The translations under genes and the position numbers were made by a program. A stretch of DNA of 56,248 bases, the filler included, from Dirinaria sp. TL-2023a (Eukaryota), in the NCBI GenBank assembly GCA_051941275.1. It is 3 parts of 3 records of this genome, joined end to end, with 100 filler letters (N's around TTAATTAATTAA, not from the genome) between each part and the next. Parts side by side here need not be neighbours in the genome. Positions count along the whole stretch, not along the records: positions 18,811 to 37,491 come from JAVEBF010000372.1; 2 more parts are not named here. The stretch is one strand, 5' to 3'. The notes under the pieces were generated by a model that searched no databases, had not been told where the DNA came from, and was given only the letters and a program-made list of their open reading frames with translations. Below are positions 26,858 through 37,591 of the stretch, in pieces; position 1 is the stretch's first letter, and each line of letters begins with the position of its first letter.

Positions 26858-28123
26858 TTAGGAAGACCAGACAGTGACTCGACCATCAACACCACTCGCT
26901 GCATATCGTCAGTGTTCTGTTCAAGCTGCCTAACCAATTTTGTGCCAGACTCACTACTGAACTTCTTAACTATTCCCCCTTCGGCTTCGTCGTAAACCCG
27001 TATCGTGGATATCGTGTTCTGATGAACGGTCTTCAATTGCGTGTCGTCTTTCGTCTTTCCTTTGAGGTCCATTTGCCGGAACATGTTGAGCGCAGATTCC
27101 TCGCGCACGTTGCCCATGCCGGGCCTGCCCTTTGATTCCATGGAGCCTACTATTTGCCAGCCCTGCTCGTTGCCGCGAAGTCTATAGGCTTCACAGTCCT
27201 GTCCAAATTGGTCAGTCAGGAGTTGACGGAGCTCTGGCTCTACACTTACATATCCCGCGGCAATGATCTCGCTCTCTCCATTCCAGATCAAACTCAGGAA
27301 TGGCAGAAGCTGTGTACTGATGCTCACAATCGCATTTGGTGGTTGTTCGGGAGCACTTGGGTAGACAACGGTGATGCTGCTATCGTGCGCTGTAAAGGCC
27401 AAGGCATTACCGCTTGGCGAAAAAGCGCAGCTGTGAACCCATCCAGCCGAATTATTCAAGTACTCTCCGCAGACAGTGTTAAATGGGAGCCTTTCGCCCC
27501 ACACGCTAGCTTCGGGTCGAGCATCAACGCCTTTGATGAAACTGGAGAAAACCCTAGCATGTGCGTCTGTAGATCCGGCCGCCAATAGCACGGAATTTGG
27601 ATGCCATGACACCGTGGTGATTGTGCTCCGTATCGGCTTCTTCAGATGCTTTGATACCCACCAATCGTTCTCCTCCTCGAAATAGCAAACGGCAATGACG
27701 CGAGCGCCTGAGCCAACCGCAAATTTGAGTTCAGAAGGCGACCAGCGGACAAATGTTGCTGCGCGGTTGATTCGAAGAAGGACTAGAGTAGGCTTCCAGC
27801 CAGAGGGTGAAGGTTCCCAGACATAGGCATTGCGATCTATACGTTTCAATCAGAATTGCTCTTCAAAGGGTGGGATTGCCGCTTTCCAAGGGGGTCTGAC
27901 CTTGAGAACAGGTAACAATTCTCCCGGTGTTTGGAGCAATATCTACGCCTGTCACGGTCTTGTCATGACCCTTGAGCTCATCTTTGAGAGTGAATTTATT
28001 GCCTGACCGGCCATACAGCTCGACGTTGTTGTCTCGTGCTACAGCCAAAGTGTGCCTGTCGGCTGAGAAAGAGTGATCGGCAATGGGATGGTGGAAAAGG
28101 TGATGAACTTCCGGACCGGACAT
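26858..28123 (-). CDS. arc40: Arp2/3 complex subunit ARPC1/Arc40 (WD40), 4 exons
   Basis: '[24 protein letters not shown]', 'LVLLRINRAATFVRWSP', 'WWVSKHLKKPIRST', 'TVHQNTI'. Final exon 'SGVDGRVTVWSS*'. Confidence 0.95.
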
Positions 28124-28530
28124 GCTCTATTGCAGCGATAGGAGTTGCTCTCTACTACCGCGCTGTGCTGGAGGGGACTGCGGTGATTGGGGGTCTCCTA
28201 GAAGTAAGGTGCTGGAGGAATCGGAGCGGAGAGTTGCTCCGATTGGGTTAGGCATAAATCGGCTGATCTTCGGGTATACGATCGCGAGAACCAGCATATG
28301 TCACCGCGGAGACCCGCCTAGGTCGTACCTCTGAGGTTTGCCATAGTGCACGGGTCTTGGTCGTATTTGCTCCTGCAAAGCTGACATATTATGGAAGCAG
28401 CATTAATCAGCCTTTTGTAAGTCTGAAATAGGTATTCTTCAGGCCAAAGAATCCATTACGTCCAAGAGAGATTTCGCTGGCTGAAAAGACGCTACTCGGT
28501 CACTTCCACGTTTGAGATACCACTCCAAAT

Positions 28531-30197
28531 ATGGCTTCTCAGGTTGTGGTAGTTGATTCGTCTGCCCGTCGAGTCGTCGTTAAGACCACACCTGGGAAGC
28601 ACCTCAGCGAGATATTGCACGAAGCCTGTAGCAAATGGGGCAAGGACGCCTCTCTTCATGGGTTGAAGTAAGCTAGCAAAGCTTGGAGCGACTTACTTTT
28701 GATGTACGCACGTGCATAGACATTCAACTAAGTGTTACATATCACAGGCATAATAACAAGACCCTCGACCTTTCGAACCCGATCAGGTTGTCTGGCCTTT
28801 CATCGGGCGCAAGACTTGAACTCATAAAGATTTCGAAGTCTCCCTCTGTCGTGTCCGTAGCTCTACAGGTGCCGGAATCAGACGGCCAAGGAATCCCGAA
28901 CAATCGTATGACGGATAAATTCCCAAGTACCACATCCTTATGGCAGATCCTACGCAAATTCGAATCGGGCGCTGCAGGAGGCTTAGGGCTACATAAGAAT
29001 TTTACGGCTCGTAGCACAGCACAGATTGCTAACGGGAACACGGGGTCTGGGAGACTTTACTACGAAACGCCGGTTTTGAACTACATGGGTAGGGAAGTTT
29101 CCGACTTCGTCGGATTGCAGCAGTCGCTTGGCCAGCTGGGCTTCACTGGCGGTAATACCCTCCTGCGACTTACATTCCGTGCCACGCAAGACCCTCTCGA
29201 AACCACAATGGAAGATATCGAACGATATTTCAAGAGCGTGGAGGGACATGATGATAGCAGCAGAGGTGCCCATGCGGCCAGTGTGGGCACCGGCGGCTCA
29301 GTATCAGATACCGCTCAGCCAGCTTTGACGGAAGAGGAGGCTGGAGCCAAATCACCTGCTGAACCGCCCTCGCCATTACCACCACCGACAGAACCACTTT
29401 CTCCTGCTCGTAGCGAAGACCTTATTGCCAGTTCGTCGATCTCTGGCTCAAACGGCAGGCAAACAGAGGCCGGCACTCCTTTAGCTTCCACTCCAAGCAC
29501 CGCCTCTGAACACACAGTGACGGGCCCAGGCGGACGACTCATGGCCATCTACGCTCCATCATCGTCAACAGTTCCTCGTGCCGCTCAGCAAGCCTATAAC
29601 GAGGCCGACTACGTGCCTACGATTGCACACGCAAAGATGCACCAGAAACGACTTCAAAATGGCACCCACAATCAACGTCTAGCTTCTTATGCTGAAGACG
29701 ACAACAAGCAAAAAGCTAGGGCACAGAGACTGACTGAGATCAAGGAGCTCAAATTGAAAGTCAGATTCCCGGATCAGCAAACGATATGGGTAGGTTTCAA
29801 TGATCTTGACACAGCAACAACCCTGTACGATTGGGCCCGAAAAGTGCTGGTCCATGAAGGAGCACCATTCGTGCTGAAATACTCGACCGCAAAAGGACCC
29901 CAGGAAGTACCCGTGAATAGTACACAGCGACTGATAGCGGGACTGGGCATGGTTGGGCCCTTGCTCGTAAACTTTGTCTGGGCCGAAGGAGCTGATCCAG
30001 AAGCGCGGAGCTCATCCGTGCTGAAACCGGAGTATGCGACGAAAGCGAAAGAGATAGAGGTCCCCGAGATTCCGGGGCAAGACGTTGCAGAGGAAAACCC
30101 AGCCCCCAGTACATCGTCCGAGAATGCTAGGCCAAGCGGTGGAGGCAGCAAAGGTGGTATACCAAAGTGGCTTCAAAAGGGTCTGCGGAAGAAATGA
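28531..30197 (+). CDS. TUG/ASPSCR1-like UBX domain protein (Ubx4-like), 2 exons
   Basis: ATG 28531 'MASQVVVVDSSARRVVVKTTPGK...EACSK', intron ~28668-28748, 'LDLSNPIRLSGLSSGARLEL' (TUG-UBL), UBX 'KVRFPDQ' and C-terminal 'PKWL'. Confidence 0.85.
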
Positions 30198-30433
30198 GGG
30201 AATGACGATTCAAAGGTTCGATGGGATGCATTACGAAAGCGATAGCCTTGTAAACTAGACGATTCAATCATAAGCAGCATGGCGGTACAGGGATGGCTTA
30301 GAGCGCGGCGGGGCATAGCGAGGTGGGTGATAAGGTAGTTAATAGTGTTACCAGCAGCAGCAGCAGCATGGGAAAAAAAGCCCGTATCATCTTAAATTGC
30401 AGGCTACCGTATCATTTCTTACGTCCTCCATCA

Positions 30434-31086
30434 TCAGTGTCCCGCCCTCCTGGCCTCCGCAATGACACCCTGCAACTCATCCACCTTTCTCTTCGCCCGA
30501 CCGAAAGTCCCGAGCTAAATAAATAATCACAATCAGCCAGCCCACTCTTGCACCACAGAACCCCATACTCAAACACCCCAAACCAAAAAAAAAAGGACAG
30601 AAAAAAATAACAGATACACATACCCGCTTCTTGGCCAACTTGCGCGCCCGCTTATCCTTGCTATTCCGCAAAAGCTCGATCACACGTCGCTCGTAGGGGG
30701 CCAATCTACATCCATCCACCCCTTTTAGCCAAATTATCCAGCTTACGCAGGCAACAGGGGCGGGTGTGGTCGGGAGGAGAGAAAGGGGAGGAAAAGCGAC
30801 CGCGCACCCCGAAACCTCCTTGACAATCTCCCTCACAAACGCGGTCCTCTTGCTCAGATGGCCCTTGGTGCGCGAGATGCGCGGTTTGAATTCGCGCGGG
30901 GTGACTTTCTATATATTTCCCCAAAAATTCTCGAATCAGCGAATATGCTCTTCGCGGTTTTCCCTGGGGTTTTGGAGGGGGAATTGTTTTTGGCGAGGGA
31001 GGGAAGGAAGATGCCAGGGGAGGGGGGAGACTTACGTGGCCGGAATTGAGACCTCGAGCGAGGCCGCTCTTTTCTTTCGGCGCCAT
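30434..31086 (-). CDS. rpl36: 60S ribosomal protein L36 (eL36), 4 exons
   Basis: Spliced reading: [104 protein letters not shown]. Confidence 0.96.
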
Positions 31087-31579
31087 ACTTTTCTTTCTTC
31101 TCTTTGTGATGTGCGCGAGAAGAGGAGTGGAGAGGTGGACGGTGGATGGGGATGGGTTTGAGGTGCGGGTTTTTGGTAGTGCGGCTTGGCGGAGATGGGG
31201 CGCTAGTGGAAGCGAGGAAGCAAGCCTCAGAGGAAAAGCCCCGGTATTCGCACTGAAGTATGATTACATAAGGTACCTTAGTTTCATTTAGTCGAGGGAA
31301 GTTGCTCCTATTTCGCTATTCATAGAATTATGAAGGTTGGACTCGGGGATTTATAAATACTTTTTTTGGCGGTATACGGAGCTTCATCATCTTCTTCGTG
31401 ACAGTTATCTACAATATGCTTTCGCAGGGACACTCCTCCTTCAAGCCGATACACGATACGCAGAGCCAATGCAATCTTGCAAAAAGCAATGGAAGTTTTT
31501 CAATAACACAGAAGCGCCATAGCCAGTTGTGAAATCCGCATGTTCGTCATACACCTGATCATACACCAACGTTGCAAGC

Positions 31580-32823
31580 TCATTCAATGCGTGGAGGGCT
31601 TCTGCTCTTGGAAGCGTCTTTCCCTGGCGTTCCAGCTGGATAAGGACTTGCACTCCTTCTGCTTCTGTTAGTGCCTTTGAGGCGGTGCTGCTCCTGAATC
31701 GGAAGCAGAAGACTCACGATCTCCGTCTCTCGCCTTCCTTTCGGAAATCTTCGATCACTTTCAACATCTCCTTCCTGCCAGAAAAGGCATTGAGGAGCCT
31801 GCTGCCCATGCTCATGTTAATCTTCTCCTTCGAATGAGCCTGAAGCAGTCGTCTAAGCAGCAGGTGTTTCATTTCGATACAGACATAAACGCCGCAATCA
31901 CTCGAGTTGGTCTGCTGCGGCGAATCTTCGAGGTTAATAAATCGGAGGGGTCGGCCGAGTAGCTGACTGATTTTGTTGCTCGCATGTTGGGCATCGTGAA
32001 AATTGGCAGCGCTTAATGAATCATAATGGAAGGAGACGCCATCGACCACGCTAACAAGGAGTAATGACCAATGAGAACCACCCTCAGCCTGTTCGACATT
32101 GCGACAGTCATTGATGGGTAAAAAGATATGGGTCGTGCGGGAGAAGTCGGGCAGAGCATCCTTCAGCGTCGAAGGATCTGGGGTCTGCGTGAGCAAAAAT
32201 GACATGGATGGTCGTAAAAGCACGATATGGGAATTTCTGTATTGGGTGAGATATTCGCGCTCGAGATACCTAACCAAAGCGGTCGGAAAACCCTTAGACT
32301 GGCTTCCTAGCTTGCAAATCCGCGTAGGAGGGGAAACCCAACACTTACTCTTCCCAGAACGAAATGCACTGTTGACAAAGTCTTAGTCGCACAGCGGGGA
32401 GTTGACGATAGAACCTTGACTTACATTGTCGGTCAACCAATCATCCTTGAGAGTGTCAATATCTTCTTTAGTCACTAAAGGGCCATCAGTTGCAATATTC
32501 TGCGAACAATGGATACTGACATACACCGTACATCATGGTCTGCGGGATTGTTAGCAACGGAACGGCCACAGGTTGAAAGTTCAACCTACAGCTCAAATAG
32601 GCATCATCCGGGCTCAGCTGAGTCCGAATCATGTTAGTCTCTAATTTCCAAAGGAGCAACAGATAATTCACAGAAGGAAAACCGATGATCACAGATTTCT
32701 GAAACCTACCTGATCACCGAAATGTTTGCTTACGCGGCCTCCGAAAGGATGAAAGCCGGAGTCACGCATGCTGCCCAACTTTGGGCTCGCACTTGGCGAT
32801 GACTTGTACTTCTTGAGCGGCAT
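31580..32823 (-). CDS. denA: NEDD8-specific protease (DenA/SENP8; C48 family), 7 exons including micro-exons
   Basis: 'LSPDDAYLS-YHDVR-LTKEDIDTLKDDWLTDN-CISFWEEYLERE', catalytic 'GGSHWSLL', 'YDS' and 'QQTNSSDCG', C-terminus 'SRSPPRIE*'. Start at 32823 or at the downstream ATG (MRDSG). Confidence 0.9.
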
Positions 32824-33139
32824 ACGCAGAGCACCACTTAAGCAACCACCTTATTTGCCTACAGCATGATCGAGTTGTACACGGCCACTAGTGGCCCGGG
32901 CTGGGCAACAAAAGAGGCTTCAGGCGGTGTCCAATTGATGTTACCTACTTGAGGTCTTTAGTGCCACCGGTAATTGAGACACGCAGTGGCAGAGACAGGT
33001 GACTAAGGTAATTGGGATCAAAAAGGCCGCTGGGACTAGTAGGTAAGTAAGGTAGCTTAAAAGGCTTGGGTCTGATGTGCAGATTTTATGCGTCATCGAG
33101 GCACTTGCCATTTTTTGGATCTTGGGTTTACCTTGTGCT

Positions 33140-33187
33140 TGGCATGCCGGCGTTAGGCGGCAAATTCTAACCGCGGAATGCAGTGGC
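33140..33187 (+). repeat. Copy 1 of a ~48-bp dispersed direct repeat
   Basis: TGGCATGCCGGCGTTAGGCGGCAAATTCTAACCGCGGAATGCAGTGGC matches 34508-34554 at 42/48 positions by manual alignment. Confidence 0.85.
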
Positions 33188-33399
33188 TGTGCACGGATTT
33201 GCATAAAAGGATTAGGTTTTTTAGCCAGCAGTTTGCTATCCATCTTCATGCTGCTCAACCATAAAGTTGGCAAAACGCACATGAGAATGCAGATCGGTAT
33301 ATAATTTAACCATTTTGATTGTCAAGTGGTTCTACCAAGCACTATTCAATTACCGCCTTCAAGTGCACGCTGGACTTTGGCCATCAGCTCATCTTTAGA

Positions 33400-34369
33400 T
33401 CATCTAGCTGGGTTTGGGGGTCGTTCGTTTGCAGTACGACAGACGTTTTGAAATGTCTCGAACAAGCCCGGAACCTTGTTAATCCTTGTGATCGCTGCAC
33501 CCGCGATACCTGCCAATTGGATACCGCCCAGAGCCGATCCGCCCATGGCTGCGCTTTGACACCAAGCGAAGAGGCTGCCAGCCTTGACAGCTCCCATCGA
33601 GCCTTGCCAAGCTGCAGCAGCAGAGCCAGCCGCTGGTCCCGCCGCAGTAAAGCCTACAGCGCCAAGTATTGGCACCGCGAAGAATGATACAGCGGAAAGA
33701 GTGAGGCCCGCTGCTTGAATACCAGTGCGGTATGGATGGGCTTTAGCGTAGTTTTTCACCCCTTGGAGGAAGCTAGGGTCTTGCGCTTGAACTGCAGCAT
33801 GTTAGTAACTTTTAATGTTTCTTTTCTCAATGTCATGAAGTACCTTTCTTCTCCAACTCTTGAGAGAATTCCTCACTCCAACCCGAATAAATGGCCAAAG
33901 AGTTACGCAGGTCTTTAGCGTTATCAGGGAAATCTGCATTCCTGAAGCGATGTTGTACCTCCTCGTCGGTCAATTCTTCGAAGGGTTTTTTGCCAGATAG
34001 GATCTCGTAAAGAAGACTAGCCATTGCAAATCGCTCGGCTCTTCTCACCTGATCATTGTGATCAAGTTCACGGATGGTCGCTGGCGGTATCTGAAATCGA
34101 GCGGGGTAAACGTCGCCTTGGAGTGCTGGCATCGAGAGGAGCTTGATAGATCCGTCTAAGGTGCCGATGAAGTCCCACGACCGCAGAGAGTCGTGCATAA
34201 CTTTGAAATACTCAATTATCTTGCCAACCCATTGAAGTCGTATCTCGTCCCCTATCTCCGGGCAGTCTTTTATGTCAAAGAGTGCAGGGCTTCCTGGCCG
34301 TTCAGCGTCCCCCTCATGATTCTCAGCCTTATTCACCCGGATTCGGCAGGTAAGCTGGGAGGGCGCCAT
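33400..34369 (-). CDS. Degenerate kinase C-lobe fused to an ISG12/Ifi-6-16-like Gly/Ala-rich membrane domain, 2 exons
   Basis: ATG 34369. A 52-nt intron at 33792-33843 (GTACTT..CTAAC..CAG) joins the two ORFs in frame (ELEKK-VQAQDPSFLQGVKNY). Kinase-like 'RFAMASLLYEILSGKKPF'; ISG12-like 'AVGFTAAGPAAGSAAAAWQ...AGSLFAWCQSAAMGG'. Confidence 0.75.
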
Positions 34370-34507
34370 CCCACTTGAGTCCCCAAGATCGTTTACTAGA
34401 AAGCTGATCAAGTACCGACTAAGAAGTGTATCACCACAAATGTAGATACTGGTTGGCTTGGTGAAGCTTCCTCACTTGAGGTTGGGGCACATTTTTGTTT
34501 GCTTCGC

Positions 34508-34554
34508 TGGCATGCAGGCATCAGGCGGCAATTCTAGCCACGGAATGCAGTGGC
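34508..34554 (+). repeat. Copy 2 of the ~48-bp dispersed direct repeat
   Basis: TGGCATGCAGGCATCAGGCGGCAATTCTAGCCACGGAATGCAGTGGC. Confidence 0.85.
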
Positions 34555-36306
34555 CCAGCCAATTGCAGCAGACTCTTCGATGGTTTCACAAGCTCAACAA
34601 GCGATCAAGTTGAATTGGATGTTGAGTAGCCTGGATTTCATATTGATTTCGGCCCTTTACTCACGATGCTTGTGGTGTGGCGTCTATTTCAAACCCAATG
34701 AGGTGTATCTGAATCCCAATTCGATGCTTTACTGCCCAAATTCTCTGACCTCAACAAGAATGTCCCGAACAGAAGAATTCCGAGTTGACCGTATCAATTC
34801 CTAGGTCAGACGAGTTACAAAATGAAAGGTTTGGCATTCTTGATCTGAAAATATTGGAAACGTACTTTAAGACCGTAAGGTCATCTTAAAGTTTCTCCTT
34901 TCTTCCGCCCATTGCTGTGATCTTATTCAATTGCGCTGAGCGAGCTGACAAGAACCGAATGAGTTCATTCGTATGCTGATCAACAAACTAAGAAGAGCTG
35001 TATCAGTACAGGTACTGTTCGCGTCGTCTGTCTGCTTTAGAATTTGAGATTAGTTGGTAAGGGCCTCAATCCTTTGAAGATGAAAATATAGGTCAGAGAT
35101 ATTGAAAACCTTTCTGCACACAGACAAAGTATCCAGAGAAAGAAGTCATCAGCATTTCCTTCTTTTCCAGCTACTGCGAGCTAGAAATCTTTTCAATCCC
35201 ATAGTGGGGACAATGGGCTGAGGAGCCCAACGACCATCGTCACCAAGAGTCCTCAGGGTCTCCTGGAGAAAACATTAGACATTCTCCCTTTTCAAGTTGT
35301 TTTTGAGAACACCACCTCCACTTTGTGCAGGATTTCTACTTGGGCGCCTCTTTAGAGAGCTGTCAATGAAGCCTTCATTTCCAAACTACTATTACATCTC
35401 CATAGCTCGCAACCATACATTTTGGCCGACCCTGGCCTGCTTCAAAGTGATTTAGGAAGTTAGAAGGAAAATCCTCCTGTCTCGTTTCTATTGTGCCAGT
35501 TAGTGGGGAGATTGAAGGCTACATTAAACCCAACATCCTTTAAGCGTGAAAAAGTTTTGCGGAAAAAACTATTCTTTATGCGCCCTGATTCGAACTACAA
35601 ATCTCATCCTCAAAAAAAAAAAGTGAACATCAGCTCACGCATCGATGCATACAGTCTAAACTGACCGATACAATCTGAGCATCGTGACCAAGCCACCTGC
35701 ACAGCTACCGACATTTCCTTAGTGAAGAAGCCAGGCAATCCTCAGTATATGTAAGATTACAACATCTCTTTGAGATTTTGACTCATCTCCTCTTGTTTCC
35801 GCCTTCAATTACCTACACTTAATATATGTGTTGCTTGCAATTAATTTCGGCTTTTGTTCCATTCTCAGTCGTCACGAAGTGTGTTCATGCACGCTTATAA
35901 CATTGCTTCGTTGTAAATGCAACCTTACCCAAGCCATAATTCTTTTCATGTCACAGTGCATTGCAGCTTCTCTTATACTACAACTCCAGGTTCCTTTTTC
36001 CCAGAACTTCAGTTCTCATTTTCTTTTTCAGTCACAGAGACAACACGAGCAGACGCAGAGGTATATGCAGAGGTTTGGTTACAATGCCGCTTCAAGAGCT
36101 TTTCATGCTTCTCTCTCGCTGCTGCAGCTACGAAATCTGACTCTGACGGAAAATCCATATGAAAACCACTCCGTATCGGGGTATCTTTACAGCTAGCCAC
36201 CGTGGACGCCATCGCCGGTCTGCAGAAAGAAAGAAAAAACAACAACCGAATCGCGGACTGTACAGTATTTCAGGATAACAAGACGCCCTGAACCCCTTTA
36301 TCACAG

Positions 36307-37491
36307 TCATCGTGGATGCGCTTGCATCATCTGCACCGCCCCCAATATCTGGGTCAGCATGTTCCTCTGCTGCTTCTGCTCCTTCTCCATACGTTCAATA
36401 CGCGAAAGCAGCATCTGGCCATTTTGAGCGCGCAATGGTGCCTGATGCGCCGCCGCCGTGGTGGTATTGAGTTGTGCTCCGCCATAGTTGGTTGCATGCG
36501 AAGCAAAGCCTCCCATATGCCCTGCCAAAGCCGGCATCAGCACCGTCGGGTCCGACGCGGCGGATGGCTGGATCTGCAGTGACGCGCGCTGCTGTTGTGG
36601 AAGATTGGTGGTAGAAACCTGGGACGAAAACAACGAGTTGTCTTCCTCCGTCGGCGGCGCAAAATCGAAGCCGGAGGACGTGCTGCTGAATGTCTGGCTA
36701 TGCTGAAGCCGAGTGGGCGCCGATTCATGTCTTGCCAGGGAAGCGTTGGTTTGCTGGCTGGTCGCCATCATTGACTGCTGGTACGTCTGGCTGGGTGGAT
36801 AGCCCGCCGACGCCGGTCGCGGGTTCAGCGATGGAGGCGCATTATGAGGAACTGGAAGCTGTTGATCGAGGGCCTGTTGTTCGGTGGGCGGTTTCCGTCT
36901 CCGCCGTTTATTGCCGTTCGACTTGTCGTCGCTGTCCGGTATCCATTCCCACCTGCCACCAGGGGTAGGTCCGGGGTAGGCGCCGTTGGGGGTTTCCAGC
37001 GCCTGATCCTGCTGCACGTTCGACGTCGCCTGTTCCGCCATCTCTTTCTGCGCCTTGTACTTCTTCCTCGCGTTGTAGATGTCTCGGGTCAGCACCTTGA
37101 TGTCGGGCCAAATCTTCCTCAACTCCTCCAACGTCTCTCCCGGGGTATTTCCCGCCTCCGTCATCTCGTTGACCTTTTGGCTTTGCGCCTCGGTGAGCCG
37201 CCGCAGGGTCGGGTGCACGCTCAGGTCGTCGGACGGGGAATGGTTATGCTCGGGGTTATCCGTGGTCACCCTCCAAACGCCATCCTTTCGGACCACGGCG
37301 ACCATCTTGAACGGGCAGCCCAGCAGGCGGCTGTCACTGCGCTTCCGTTTCCGCTGCTCTGGCGTGAGGTTCCGGCGGTTCTCGTACACGCCTCCGCGGT
37401 CACACTTGAGCCACAGCCGGTTGAAGCGCGACCGGGCGATGACGATGGCATAGCCTTGCCTAGCGGCCCAGTCCTTGGCGTGCTGCAGCAG
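36307..37491 (-). CDS. FAR1/Mutator-transposase-derived Zn-binding DNA-binding protein, 5'-truncated by the contig end
   Basis: The frame is open up to the gap: 'LLQHAKDWAARQGYAIVIARS...LKCDRGG...SRLLGCPFKM...W......EHNH', then 'TRDIYNARKK', a basic NLS (KRRRRK), a Q/S/P-rich region and a terminal coiled coil. No DDE domain is seen. Confidence 0.8.
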   Translation of the reverse strand: MLQHAKDWAARQGYAIVIARSRFNRLWLKCDRGGVYENRRNLTPEQRKRKRSDSRLLGCPFKMVAVVRKDGVWRVTTDNPEHNHSPSDDLSVHPTLRRLTEAQSQKVNEMTEAGNTPGETLEELRKIWPDIKVLTRDIYNARKKYKAQKEMAEQATSNVQQDQALETPNGAYPGPTPGGRWEWIPDSDDKSNGNKRRRRKPPTEQQALDQQLPVPHNAPPSLNPRPASAGYPPSQTYQQSMMATSQQTNASLARHESAPTRLQHSQTFSSTSSGFDFAPPTEEDNSLFSSQVSTTNLPQQQRASLQIQPSAASDPTVLMPALAGHMGGFASHATNYGGAQLNTTTAAAHQAPLRAQNGQMLLSRIERMEKEQKQQRNMLTQILGAVQMMQAHPR

Positions 37492-37591
37492 NNNNNNNNN
37501 NNNNNNNNNNNNNNNNNNNNNNNNNNNNNNNNNNNTTAATTAATTAANNNNNNNNNNNNNNNNNNNNNNNNNNNNNNNNNNNNNNNNNNNN
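37492..37591. other. Artificial contig-joining spacer
   Basis: N44-TTAATTAATTAA-N44. Confidence 0.97.

Noticed and set aside
32941..33282. 113-aa ATG-initiated ORF with a hydrophobic C-terminus next to the pseudokinase gene
   Set aside because: No recognisable family, and the second copy of the repeat it spans carries an indel relative to it, which argues against coding constraint. It cannot be fully excluded without RNA-seq.
34800..36300. Possible pseudogene upstream of the pseudokinase gene
   Set aside because: Frames are broken by stops and I recognised no protein similarity.
36844..37539. 231-aa plus-strand ORF
   Set aside because: Antisense shadow of the FAR1-like gene that runs into Ns.
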